Source: Bacteroidota bacterium | GTDB taxonomy: Bacteria > Bacteroidota > Bacteroidia > UKL13-3 | Length of the DNA: 64,000 bases | Assembly (NCBI GenBank): GCA_025359805.1 | Contig: JANYDU010000012.1 | Coordinates: 3,689-67,688, forward strand | Direction: 5' to 3' | Part shown: positions 29,131-37,776 of the stretch, one piece after another | Layout of the letters: each line of letters starts with the position of its first letter | How positions within the stretch are numbered: position 1 is the stretch's first letter | Notes under the pieces: model-generated | The model's input: only the letters and a program-made list of their open reading frames with translations | Told to the model about the DNA's origin: nothing | The model's database searches: none | Position numbers and translations under genes: made by a program

Positions 29131-30281
29131 TGTACTATTTTTTCGATTGCCATTTTTACTTTTTCAAAAGGTATTTCGGTTATCAGAGAAGGTGAATGAT
29201 ATTTGGTTATTTGTATCACATTTATCGGGTTTTTCAAAACCAAATCATCTATCATATTAGGATAAACAAATACTAAATTTGGGTTTAATAGTTTTGGATA
29301 AGGAGCAAATCTACCGTAATGCCTACCGTTTAAAACACATACTGTTTTTGTATTTGTACAAGCTGCAATATGCAAAGCGCTAGAATCATTTGTGAGCAAA
29401 AATGAAGCATTAGCAATAATATCAACAAGTGCTAATAAATTTGTTTCTCCGCACAAATTAATTGGCTTCGCAATTTTACATTCGGTAATAATTTGTTTCG
29501 CTAATTCTATATCTGAATGAGCACCACAAATTTTTATTTCTAATTCATGTTTTGAATATAACTCATCGGCAATGGCTGAAAATCTATCTAATGGCCATTG
29601 CTTTTGTTTTTCGCCAGCACCCGGAAAAAGTATGGCATATTTTTTTACCGATTCATTGGAGGATAATATTTCAATAACAGTTTTTTGCCGATTGATTTTT
29701 TCCTCAATCAATTCTTCAACAATCAATTTGTTTTTTTCGAATTCAAAAACTACGGATGAATTTTTATTTAATAATTGAGTATAATAGTTGTCGGCAATTT
29801 TTTTAAATATGGATATTTCATTTGCATCATCACCCAAACTTCCTGTTTTTTTTATGGAGCCGCTTGCTTTAATAATACTATCGCCAGTGATTATTTCTCT
29901 TGAAAATGTTGGTTGAAAAGCTGTCTCAAAACCTTTGTTTCTAATTGTTTCGAGAATATTTTTACGATAGTATAAGTCTGTTACGAACTTCTTTTTGTTT
30001 ATCCAAATAAATTCGTCAACTGATAATTCGTCAAGCTTTTCAGCCAATTCCTTCCATAGTTCATTTCCACAAAGTGTAATTTGATAATTCCTAAATTTTT
30101 CACTTTTTCGGATGTCTTCTAAAAAATTTCTAAAAAGTAAATAGTCGCCAATCGCATCTAATTTTACAATGAGCAATGTATTAGGTTTTATGATATTATT
30201 TTTTGTCGATAAAATTGTTCTATCCTGCCAAAGAATTTTAAGCACATTTAAAAAATGCCTGATGCGTAAATTTTTTATCAT
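29127..30281 (-). CDS. Glycosyltransferase family 9 (heptosyltransferase-like) protein
   Basis: LIVKLDAIGDYLLF, ILFPGAGEKQKQWPLDRF and LLTNDSSALHIAACTNTKTVCV match the GT9 pattern. Confidence 0.75.
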   Translation of the reverse strand: MIKNLRIRHFLNVLKILWQDRTILSTKNNIIKPNTLLIVKLDAIGDYLLFRNFLEDIRKSEKFRNYQITLCGNELWKELAEKLDELSVDEFIWINKKKFVTDLYYRKNILETIRNKGFETAFQPTFSREIITGDSIIKASGSIKKTGSLGDDANEISIFKKIADNYYTQLLNKNSSVVFEFEKNKLIVEELIEEKINRQKTVIEILSSNESVKKYAILFPGAGEKQKQWPLDRFSAIADELYSKHELEIKICGAHSDIELAKQIITECKIAKPINLCGETNLLALVDIIANASFLLTNDSSALHIAACTNTKTVCVLNGRHYGRFAPYPKLLNPNLVFVYPNMIDDLVLKNPINVIQITKYHSPSLITEIPFEKVKMAIEKIVQ

Positions 30282-30302
30282 TAGTTATCTTATCCTTTAC
30301 AA

Positions 30303-30337
30303 AGCAAAAAAAATCCCGAACAAGTCGGGACTTTTTT
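30303..30337 (-). terminator. Rho-independent terminator downstream of pnp
   Basis: Palindrome TCCCGAACAAGTCGGGA (30314-30330) flanked by an A-run (read as a U-run on the minus strand) and a T-run. Confidence 0.75.
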
Positions 30338-30357
30338 AATTTATTTTTTGTTGATAA

Positions 30358-32523
30358 TTATGCTTGAGCTTCTGGAGCTGGGTTAGAAACCTCTTCTTTT
30401 ACTGGAGTTTCAGGTTTTGGCAATAGTGCCTTGCGAGACAATTTATATTTGCCTGTTTTTTTATCAATTTCTAATAACTTCACTTTTATTTGCTCACCAG
30501 ATTGAAGTACACCTTCCATATTTGGTAAACGTTTCCATGAAATTTCGGAGATATGAAGCAGACCTTCTTTGCCAGGCATAAACTCAACAAACGCACCGAA
30601 GTCGGTAATGTTTTTTACTTTGCCATCATACACATCGCCAACAACAGGAACCGAAACAATTCCTTTAATAATAGTCATTGCTTTGTTTAGTGATTCGGCA
30701 TTATTTGATGCGACTTCAACTACACCTGTATTACCAACTTCAGTTATTGAAATTGTTGCACCAGTATCTTTTTGAATTCCCTGAATAACTTTACCACCAG
30801 GCCCGATTACCGCACCAATAAAATCTTTATCAATAATTAATGTTTCAATACGAGGGGCGTGTGGTTTATAATCATCTGCTGGTTTAGAAATGGTTTTATT
30901 CATTTCGCTCATAATATGCAAACGTCCTGCTTTAGCTTGTTTTAAGGCTTCTTCTACCATTTCCCATTTTAATCCATTGATTTTAATATCCATTTGACAA
31001 GCCACAATACCTTTGCTTGTTCCAACCACTTTAAAATCCATATCACCCAAGTGATCTTCATCACCCAAAATATCTGATAACACCGCGTATTTTCCTGTTT
31101 TATCATCAGAAATTAATCCCATTGCAATTCCACTTACAGCATCTTTTACTTTAATACCTGCATCCATTAATGCAAGTGAGCCAGCACAAACTGTTGCCAT
31201 TGATGAAGAACCATTTGATTCTAAAATATCAGATACGATTCTGATGGTATAAGGATTTTCTTGCATTCCCGGTAATACACTTTTTAAACCGCGTAATGCT
31301 AAATTCCCGTGACCAATTTCTCTACGTCCAGGACCACGATTTGGTTTTACTTCACCTGTTGAAAATGAAGGAAAGTTATAATGAAGTAAGAATTTTGAAT
31401 ACCCTTCATTCATTGGGCTATCAAGCATTTGTTCATCTAATTTTGTCCCTAAAGTTACTGTTGTTAATGCTTGCGTTTCGCCACGTGTAAATACTGCCGA
31501 ACCGTGTGCTCCAGGTAAATAACTCACCTCACTCCAAATTGGGCGAACCTGATCTAATTTACGACCATCCAAACGAGTACGATCATTAATAATCATAGCA
31601 CGAACGGCATTGTATTCTACATCATGGAAATATTTGTTTGATAAAAATTTATCTAAAACTGTTCCTTCGGGTAAGGTAGCTTTAAACTCTTCGCGAATGG
31701 TTTTGAATGCTGCTGAACGTTCGGATTTTCCTAAAGATGAGCTAGCCACTTTATAGGCTTTATCATATGCAAAAGCATGAATTTGTTTTTCTAATTCTTC
31801 ATCACTACGCTCGTGATTGTATACACGTGTAGGCTTACGTCCGCCAAGCATTTCACACAATTCCCACTGTGCTTTGCATTGTTGTTTAATGGCATCGTGA
31901 GCTACTTTTAATGCAGCAATCATATCTTCTTCAGATATTTCGTCCATTTCACCTTCCACCATATTCAAATCATGCTCTGTTCCTGCAACGATTAAATCAA
32001 TATCAGCGTGTTCCATATCACTAATAAATGGATTGATTTTGAACGCTCCATTAATACGTGCAATACGCACTTCAGAAATTGGACCGTTAAAGGGAATATC
32101 ACTCATCATTAATGCTGATGACGCAGCTAAGCCAACCAAGCAATCAGGCATTAAATTTTTATCAGCCGAAATTAACGTTAATGCAACTTGTGTATCGGCA
32201 TGAAAATCTTCAGCAAATAGCGGTCTGATGGCACGATCCACAATTCTGCTTACTAAAATTTCGTAATCAGATAATCTGGCTTCACGTTTATGAAAACTGC
32301 CTGGAATGCGACCAACAGCAGCAAATTTTTCTTGATAATCAACTGTGAGCGGCATAAAATCCACATCTTCTTTTGCTTCTTTTGAAGCTACGGCTGTTGC
32401 CAAAATCATGGTATCACCCATACGGACTACTACAGATCCATCAGCTTGTTTTGCTAATTTTCCTGTTTCAATGCTGATGGTTCTCCCATCTGGTAAACTA
32501 AATGTTTTTACTGTTCCTTGCAT
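30358..32523 (-). CDS. pnp: Polyribonucleotide nucleotidyltransferase (PNPase)
   Basis: 721 aa: two RNase PH domains plus KH and S1 (…[29 protein letters not shown]…). Conserved rpsO-pnp order. Confidence 0.95.
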   Translation of the reverse strand: MQGTVKTFSLPDGRTISIETGKLAKQADGSVVVRMGDTMILATAVASKEAKEDVDFMPLTVDYQEKFAAVGRIPGSFHKREARLSDYEILVSRIVDRAIRPLFAEDFHADTQVALTLISADKNLMPDCLVGLAASSALMMSDIPFNGPISEVRIARINGAFKINPFISDMEHADIDLIVAGTEHDLNMVEGEMDEISEEDMIAALKVAHDAIKQQCKAQWELCEMLGGRKPTRVYNHERSDEELEKQIHAFAYDKAYKVASSSLGKSERSAAFKTIREEFKATLPEGTVLDKFLSNKYFHDVEYNAVRAMIINDRTRLDGRKLDQVRPIWSEVSYLPGAHGSAVFTRGETQALTTVTLGTKLDEQMLDSPMNEGYSKFLLHYNFPSFSTGEVKPNRGPGRREIGHGNLALRGLKSVLPGMQENPYTIRIVSDILESNGSSSMATVCAGSLALMDAGIKVKDAVSGIAMGLISDDKTGKYAVLSDILGDEDHLGDMDFKVVGTSKGIVACQMDIKINGLKWEMVEEALKQAKAGRLHIMSEMNKTISKPADDYKPHAPRIETLIIDKDFIGAVIGPGGKVIQGIQKDTGATISITEVGNTGVVEVASNNAESLNKAMTIIKGIVSVPVVGDVYDGKVKNITDFGAFVEFMPGKEGLLHISEISWKRLPNMEGVLQSGEQIKVKLLEIDKKTGKYKLSRKALLPKPETPVKEEVSNPAPEAQA

Positions 32524-32547
32524 AACTAAATTGCCTCTTTTTTAAAT

Positions 32548-32577
32548 GATAAAAGCAGAGCACCATGCCCTGCTTTT
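32548..32577 (-). promoter_or_regulatory. rpsO-pnp intergenic hairpin (rpsO terminator/attenuator, likely RNase III/PNPase autoregulation site by analogy)
   Basis: aaaagcagagcaccatgccctgctttttt; stem AGCAG…CUGCU followed by a U-run on the minus strand. Confidence 0.5.
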
Positions 32578-32629
32578 TTATTATTAATGTATTGAAATTG
32601 CTTGCGCAATGATGTGTTTCAATTGCATC

Positions 32630-32905
32630 TTATTTTCTGATCTCAAGTTCTTTGATGATCGCTCTGTAACGGAAAATGTCGTTTTTAATAAGATAATCTA
32701 ATAACGAACGTCTTTTTCCTACTAATTTTACCAGACTTAATTCTGCTGAAAAATCTTTTTTGTTTATTTTCAAATGTTCTGAGATGTGGTTGATGCGATG
32801 TGTGAACAAAGCAATCTGACTCTCAGCTGAACCCGTGTCTGTTGCAGACTTGGCTTTACCGTACTTTTCGAAGACTTCTTGTTTCCTCTCTGTGGTCAAA
32901 TACAT
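32630..32905 (-). CDS. rpsO: 30S ribosomal protein S15
   Basis: 91 aa; …SAESQIALFTHRINHISEHLKINKKDFSAELSLVKLVGKRRSLLDYL… is the canonical S15 sequence. Confidence 0.95.
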   Translation of the reverse strand: MYLTTERKQEVFEKYGKAKSATDTGSAESQIALFTHRINHISEHLKINKKDFSAELSLVKLVGKRRSLLDYLIKNDIFRYRAIIKELEIRK

Positions 32906-32978
32906 GTGTTTAAAATTTAATGGTTTAAAATAAATAAATGGGCTGCGAATATAGACAAAAGTATGATGCAGCCAAATT

Positions 32979-33857
32979 TTAGTTTGTTTCTGAAACTTCT
33001 TTCAACCTCGACTTCTTGGCAAATAAGTGCAATAAAACACTTAGCTTTTCTTTTAGTTGCGGGCGAGGAACAATCATGTCAACAAAGCCATGTTCTAATA
33101 AAAACTCAGAACTTTGAAATCCTTTTGGTAAATCTTTTCCAATGGTTTCGCGAATTACACGAGGGCCTGCAAACCCAATTAATGCTTCAGGTTCGGCAAT
33201 GTTTAAATCTCCTAACATGGCAAATGAAGCCGTGACTCCACCAGTTGTTGGATCTGTTAATAATGAAATATAAGGAATACCTTCTTTACCAAGCAAGGCC
33301 AATTTTGCTGATGTTTTTGCCATTTGCATTAATGAAAATGCAGCTTCCATCATACGTGCTCCACCCGATTTAGAGATAATCATCATAGGGATTTTATTCT
33401 CACGAGCGTAATCAATTGCTCTCGATATTTTTTCTCCAACAACCGAACCCATTGAACCTCCAATAAAATTAAAATCCATACAAGCTACAACCAAGGGCAT
33501 GGTATCAACAACACCAACACCAACACGCAATGCATCAGTTAAGTTTGTTTTGTTGATAGTATCTTCTAACCGAGATTTATAATCTTTGGTGTCTTTAAAA
33601 TTTAAAGGATCGGTAGGTTTTATATTGGCAAATAATTCTTCAAATTTTCCATCATCAAATAAAATGCTGAAATATTCTTTTGATCCAATCTTATCATGAT
33701 AATTACAACTTGGGCAAACAAACTGATTGGCCTCGTGATCTACAGTGGTAGTAGCTTTTTTACAACGAGGACATTTATGCCACAACCCATCAGGTACCGA
33801 TTTTTTATCTTCGGTAGATGTTGTAATTCCTTCTTTTACTCGTTTAAACCAACTCAT
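32979..33857 (-). CDS. accD: Acetyl-CoA carboxylase carboxyltransferase subunit beta
   Basis: N-terminal zinc ribbon CPRCKK…CPSCNYH, then the carboxyltransferase domain (…[12 protein letters not shown]…). Confidence 0.92.
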   Translation of the reverse strand: MSWFKRVKEGITTSTEDKKSVPDGLWHKCPRCKKATTTVDHEANQFVCPSCNYHDKIGSKEYFSILFDDGKFEELFANIKPTDPLNFKDTKDYKSRLEDTINKTNLTDALRVGVGVVDTMPLVVACMDFNFIGGSMGSVVGEKISRAIDYARENKIPMMIISKSGGARMMEAAFSLMQMAKTSAKLALLGKEGIPYISLLTDPTTGGVTASFAMLGDLNIAEPEALIGFAGPRVIRETIGKDLPKGFQSSEFLLEHGFVDMIVPRPQLKEKLSVLLHLFAKKSRLKEVSETN

Positions 33858-33928
33858 TTTTTAGTGCTTAGTTATCAGTACATCAGTGCTCGATTATAAA
33901 TCGTAATGATCACCGTGACTAAATATGT

Positions 33929-34981
33929 TTATGCTAAAGTAATGGATTTATCCAAATACACATCTTGTATTGCATTTAATAAAGCAATACCATCTTTCAT
34001 TGGCTTTTGGAATGCCTTACGGCCAGATATTAAACCTTGTCCACCAGCGCGTTTATTAACTACGGCAGTATAAACAGCTTCTGCCATATCACTCGCTCCT
34101 TTGCTTTCTCCACCAGAGTTAATTAACCCTTGACGCCCCATGTAGCAATTTGCAACTTGGTAACGCGTAAGGTCAATTGGATGATTTGATGAAAGTTCGG
34201 TATAAACTTTATCATGTGTTTTACCAAAATTTAAAGCAGTATAACCACCATTAGTATTTGGTAATTTTTGTTTGATAATATCAGCTTGAATTGTTACTCC
34301 TAAATGATTTGCCTGACCCGTTAAATCGGCAGCAGTGCTATAATCAACACCATCTTTTTTAAATGCATTATTGCGAAGATAGCACCATAAAATAGTAGCC
34401 ATTCCAAGTTCGTGAGCTCTTTCAAATGCGGCAGCCACTTCTTGTATTTGACGAGCAGATTCATCAGAACCAAAATAGATAGTTGCTCCAACTGCGGTTG
34501 CTCCTAAATTCCAAGCCTCATCAACAGAACCAAACATAATTTGGTCGAATTTATTTGGGTATGATAAAAATTCGTTGTGATTTATTTTTACAATGAAAGG
34601 AATTTTGTGGGCGTATTTACGTGAGCAAGCAGCGAGCACTCCATAAGTTGAAGCTACTGCATTACAGCCTCCTTCGATGGCTAACTTGATAATATTTTCA
34701 GGGTCGAAATAAGCAGGATTTGGAGCAAATGAAGCACCAGCAGAATGTTCAATTCCTTGATCAACCGGAAGTATAGAAACATAACCTGTTCCTCCTAAAC
34801 GACCATGGTCATACAAATCTGAAAGACTTCTTAATACTTGTGGATTACGATTTGATTGAAGAAAAATTCTATTCACAAAATCTGGTCCGGGTGTATGTAT
34901 AATATCTTTTGAAATGGTTTTACACTCGTGCTTTAATAAGCTGTCGGCTTTGTCGCCTAATAATTCAACTGTTTTGCTCAT
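33929..34981 (-). CDS. fbaB: Class I fructose-bisphosphate aldolase (FbaB type)
   Basis: 350 aa; …[20 protein letters not shown]… and overall resemblance to the FbaB/DhnA-type class I aldolase. Confidence 0.82.
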   Translation of the reverse strand: MSKTVELLGDKADSLLKHECKTISKDIIHTPGPDFVNRIFLQSNRNPQVLRSLSDLYDHGRLGGTGYVSILPVDQGIEHSAGASFAPNPAYFDPENIIKLAIEGGCNAVASTYGVLAACSRKYAHKIPFIVKINHNEFLSYPNKFDQIMFGSVDEAWNLGATAVGATIYFGSDESARQIQEVAAAFERAHELGMATILWCYLRNNAFKKDGVDYSTAADLTGQANHLGVTIQADIIKQKLPNTNGGYTALNFGKTHDKVYTELSSNHPIDLTRYQVANCYMGRQGLINSGGESKGASDMAEAVYTAVVNKRAGGQGLISGRKAFQKPMKDGIALLNAIQDVYLDKSITLA

Positions 34982-35026
34982 TGCATTTTAAAATTAAGTT
35001 TGCAAACATAAGTATTTTTTTGAAAC

Positions 35027-35464
35027 GTGAATATGATTGCTGTAAAACCTATACAAACCCAAGCAGAGCTTGATGAAGCGCACCACATTCGTAAAGAAGT
35101 TTTTGTAAACGAACAACATTGCCCCGAAGAAATTGAATGGGAGTTTGAGGAAGAATCTCATCATTTTATTGCTATGATTGATAATAAATATGCGGGAACT
35201 GCTCGTTGGAGAGAAACCCAAAAAGGAATTAAGTTGGAGCGGTTTGCAGTATTAAAAAAGTTTAGGGAAAAAGATGTAGGCTCGGCATTATTAAAAGGTA
35301 TTTTAAATGAGGTGCCTAAAGATGGAAGAAAGATTTATTTACATGCTCAACTTTCGGCAAAAGAATTTTATTTAAAATACGGGTTTAAAGTTGAAGGAGA
35401 ACACTTTTGGGAAGCAGATATTGAACACGTGAAAATGGTTTTCGACACAGAGTCACAGGGTTAA
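35027..35464 (+). CDS. GNAT-family N-acetyltransferase
   Basis: 145 aa; acetyl-CoA binding region …RFAVLKKFREKDVGSALLKGIL… and …YGFKVEGE. Confidence 0.8.
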   Translation: MNMIAVKPIQTQAELDEAHHIRKEVFVNEQHCPEEIEWEFEEESHHFIAMIDNKYAGTARWRETQKGIKLERFAVLKKFREKDVGSALLKGILNEVPKDGRKIYLHAQLSAKEFYLKYGFKVEGEHFWEADIEHVKMVFDTESQG

Positions 35465-35502
35465 ATTTTTGAAGCGAGTTACACAGAAGTATGCTCTCTG
35501 TG

Positions 35503-36180
35503 TTAAAAAAAACTTTCTCCTTTTAAGTATTTTGTTTTAAGCAACGGACAAATTTTATATCGCTCATCATGTGTATCGTTGTATATTGCTTCGAGCGTTT
35601 CATGCACATGTTTTACTCCAATTTTATTAGCCCATTCAAACGGACCAAACGGATAATTTGTGCCAAGCTTCATACTTGTATCAATATCTTCCAAACTTGC
35701 CGTTCCTTCCTGAACCGTATAACACGCTTCATTAATAATCATAAAAATAATACGTGGAGTAATCATGCCAACCCTATCTTCAACTAATTTATACTTCCAA
35801 TTTAGTTGTTTCATTAGCGCATCTAATTTTTGTTTATCAGCATTATTATTTAAAGAGATTTCAGCCAAATCTCTATTGATAAATGTGGGTAAACAATTCA
35901 TTCCAATAATCCAACAATTTATTTGCTTTCCATAATCGTAAACTGCTTTTGCAAGTTGAGTTTTTGCACACGAAACAATTACAGGAATTGTTAATCCTGC
36001 ATAAAAATTTAATTGGTTTGGATGTTCGTCAAAAGCCAAATCGATAATTAAATCATATTCCATTAAATTGGCTGACGATAAATCTGTATCATCCATAATT
36101 TTTAAATCACATACCACCGATGAAAGTTTTAATTTCAATTCCTCTGTACGTATTTTTTCTCCTCGTGCCAGTATTTTCAT
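35503..36180 (-). CDS. 3-hydroxyacyl-CoA dehydrogenase-like protein with a degenerate N-terminal NAD(P)-binding motif
   Basis: C-terminal 3HCDH-like motifs GMITPRIIFMIINEA and EDIDTSMKLGTNYPFGPFEWANKIG. The N-terminus reads MKILARGEKI, where a Rossmann GxGxxG would be expected. Confidence 0.6.
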   Translation of the reverse strand: MKILARGEKIRTEELKLKLSSVVCDLKIMDDTDLSSANLMEYDLIIDLAFDEHPNQLNFYAGLTIPVIVSCAKTQLAKAVYDYGKQINCWIIGMNCLPTFINRDLAEISLNNNADKQKLDALMKQLNWKYKLVEDRVGMITPRIIFMIINEACYTVQEGTASLEDIDTSMKLGTNYPFGPFEWANKIGVKHVHETLEAIYNDTHDERYKICPLLKTKYLKGESFF

Positions 36181-36224
36181 TTTCTCAAACTAAATTTGAA
36201 AACAAAAGTACAAACTCAAACACT

Positions 36225-36605
36225 ATGGAAAAGAAAATAATTACAAGTGCTAATGCACCTGCTCCAATTGGGCCATACAGCCATGCTAATTTAATTGGAA
36301 ATACATTATACGTTTCGGGTCAAGTGGCAAAGGATGCACAAACCGGAGAGATGATTCAATCGGATATAAAAGCTGAAACAAGAAAAGTGATGGAGAATGT
36401 GCAAGCCATTTTAAAGGAAGCGGGAATGGATTTAACACATGTAGTTAAGACCACTATTTTTTGCACTGATCTTGGAGATTTTGCAGCTATTAATGAAATA
36501 TATGGTTCTTTCTTTTCAGGGAATTACCCTGCTCGTGAAACGGTACAAGTGGTAAAACTTCCGCTAAATGCAAACGTGGAGATTTCTGTGGTGGCGGTGA
36601 AGTAA
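36225..36605 (+). CDS. ridA: RidA/YjgF family reactive-intermediate deaminase. The ORF-track start at 36120 is rejected because it overlaps the upstream minus-strand gene.
   Basis: MEKKIITSANAPAPIGPYSHANLIGNTLYVSGQ… matches RidA; 126 aa from ATG 36225. Confidence 0.88.
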   Translation: MEKKIITSANAPAPIGPYSHANLIGNTLYVSGQVAKDAQTGEMIQSDIKAETRKVMENVQAILKEAGMDLTHVVKTTIFCTDLGDFAAINEIYGSFFSGNYPARETVQVVKLPLNANVEISVVAVK

Positions 36606-36666
36606 TTTGGTTGAAGAATGGATTTTGATAAACTGGTTTTAGTGTAGCAAAAGTTATATTTGAATA

Positions 36667-36798
36667 ATGAAAAAGAAATACTCAAAAGATAAGCTCCCAG
36701 ATAAACCATTAAAAACCAACACAACATTTAATGAGGACTTGCTTGCATCTATCGGGAAATTTAAATCTAAAAAGAAGGTGGTAAATAAGGTTAATTGA
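36667..36798 (+). CDS. Putative 43-aa Lys-rich small ORF (MKKKYSKDKLPDKPLKTNTTFNEDLLASIGKFKSKKKVVNKVN), unverified
   Basis: Open frame with ATG start in a 268-bp intergenic region just upstream of the DUF6922/AbiEii pair. No homology evidence. Confidence 0.2.
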   Translation: MKKKYSKDKLPDKPLKTNTTFNEDLLASIGKFKSKKKVVNKVN

Positions 36799-36873
36799 GG
36801 TAGATTATTTCTTTTGAGTAAACTTGATGGAATATATTCAATACTATTAATTTATTACCTTGCATGAGTTATT

Positions 36874-37176
36874 ATGTCTGTTGTAAAAAACCCTGTATTT
36901 AATAAACGTATATTTTGGGACATCTATTTTGATGCTTTGGATTATGATGCTAAAGCAAATTTTATAATAGAGCGTGTGTTTGAAAGAGGAGATGTAGATG
37001 ATGTTCGGCAATGCAGAAGATATTATGGAGATGAGAGAATTCGTGAAGCACTTACCCAAGCAAAATGGCTTTCTTTACCAACCATATATTTGGCATGTGC
37101 CATATTAAATAATGAATTAACGGATTACAAATGCTACATCACGGCACAGTCGAACCCACAACCTTTTCGTTATTAA
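36874..37176 (+). CDS. DUF6922-like small protein (putative partner/antitoxin-like component of the downstream nucleotidyltransferase)
   Basis: …KRIFWDIYFDALDYDAKANFIIERVFERGDVDDVRQCRRYYGDERIREALTQAKWLSL… resembles the DUF6922 pattern recalled from Bacteroidota. Overlaps the next gene by 46 nt in another frame. Confidence 0.55.
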   Translation: MSVVKNPVFNKRIFWDIYFDALDYDAKANFIIERVFERGDVDDVRQCRRYYGDERIREALTQAKWLSLPTIYLACAILNNELTDYKCYITAQSNPQPFRY

Positions 37177-37757
37177 AAAAACTAATGGTACTTCCTGAAT
37201 TAAACAATTTTAGTTTAGTTGGCGGTACTTGCTTAGCATTAAAATATGGACATCGTTTATCGGTTGACCTTGATTTTTTTTCTACAATTGATTTCGATAA
37301 TCAAAGTCTTATCCAAACGTTAGAAAGCAATTTCCCAGATTTTATTTATAAAAATGTTCCTCAGGCAATAGGTGTATTTGGTTTTATAGGTGATATAAAA
37401 ATAGACTTTGTAAAGCACCACCATTTTAAACTTATTGAAGAGCCTATTATTGAAGACGGTATTCGTATGTTTGGAGACAAGGATATAATGGCTATGAAAA
37501 TATTTGCCATTATTCAACGTGCTCAAAAAAAAGATTTTTGGGATGTTGCAGAACTCTTAAAAAAGTACACTATTGAAGATTTTATTAAAGCCTATGACGA
37601 AAAATACCCAAGTAATCAAATGTTAATTTCCATCCCATTTGCATTAACTTATTTTGAAGATGCCGATAAAAGCGAAAACCCAATAAGCCTAAAAGGACAA
37701 ACATGGGAAAGTGTAAAAAATACAATTCAGCAACAAGTGAATGAATATTTGAAATAG
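37131..37757 (+). CDS. Nucleotidyltransferase AbiEii/AbiGii toxin-family protein (DUF1814)
   Basis: …FSLVGGTCLALKYGHRLSVDLDFFS… is the signature N-terminal motif of AbiEii-type nucleotidyltransferases; 208 aa. Confidence 0.85.
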   Translation: MLHHGTVEPTTFSLLKKLMVLPELNNFSLVGGTCLALKYGHRLSVDLDFFSTIDFDNQSLIQTLESNFPDFIYKNVPQAIGVFGFIGDIKIDFVKHHHFKLIEEPIIEDGIRMFGDKDIMAMKIFAIIQRAQKKDFWDVAELLKKYTIEDFIKAYDEKYPSNQMLISIPFALTYFEDADKSENPISLKGQTWESVKNTIQQQVNEYLK

Positions 37758-37776
37758 AGTTAATTTTTTTTTGAGT

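Noticed and set aside
32906-32978. Imperfect hairpin GGCTGC…GCAGCC between rpsO and accD as a distinct regulatory RNA
   Set aside because: The stem is only 6 bp with a 21-nt loop in an AT-rich spacer. It is more simply a weak accD terminator or the rpsO promoter region. Not enough evidence for a separate feature.
36120-36224. Longer RidA ORF starting at 36120 with an apparent signal-peptide-like N-terminus
   Set aside because: The extension overlaps the 5' end of the minus-strand 3HCDH-like gene (35503-36180). The internal ATG at 36225 yields the canonical ~126-aa RidA beginning MEKKIITSA….
36874-37757. Possibility that the DUF6922-like and AbiEii ORFs are one gene broken by a frameshift
   Set aside because: Both families occur as separate proteins and the overlap (46 nt, +2 frame) looks like translational coupling. 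The possibility is kept open in the finding, because only resequencing could exclude a frameshift.
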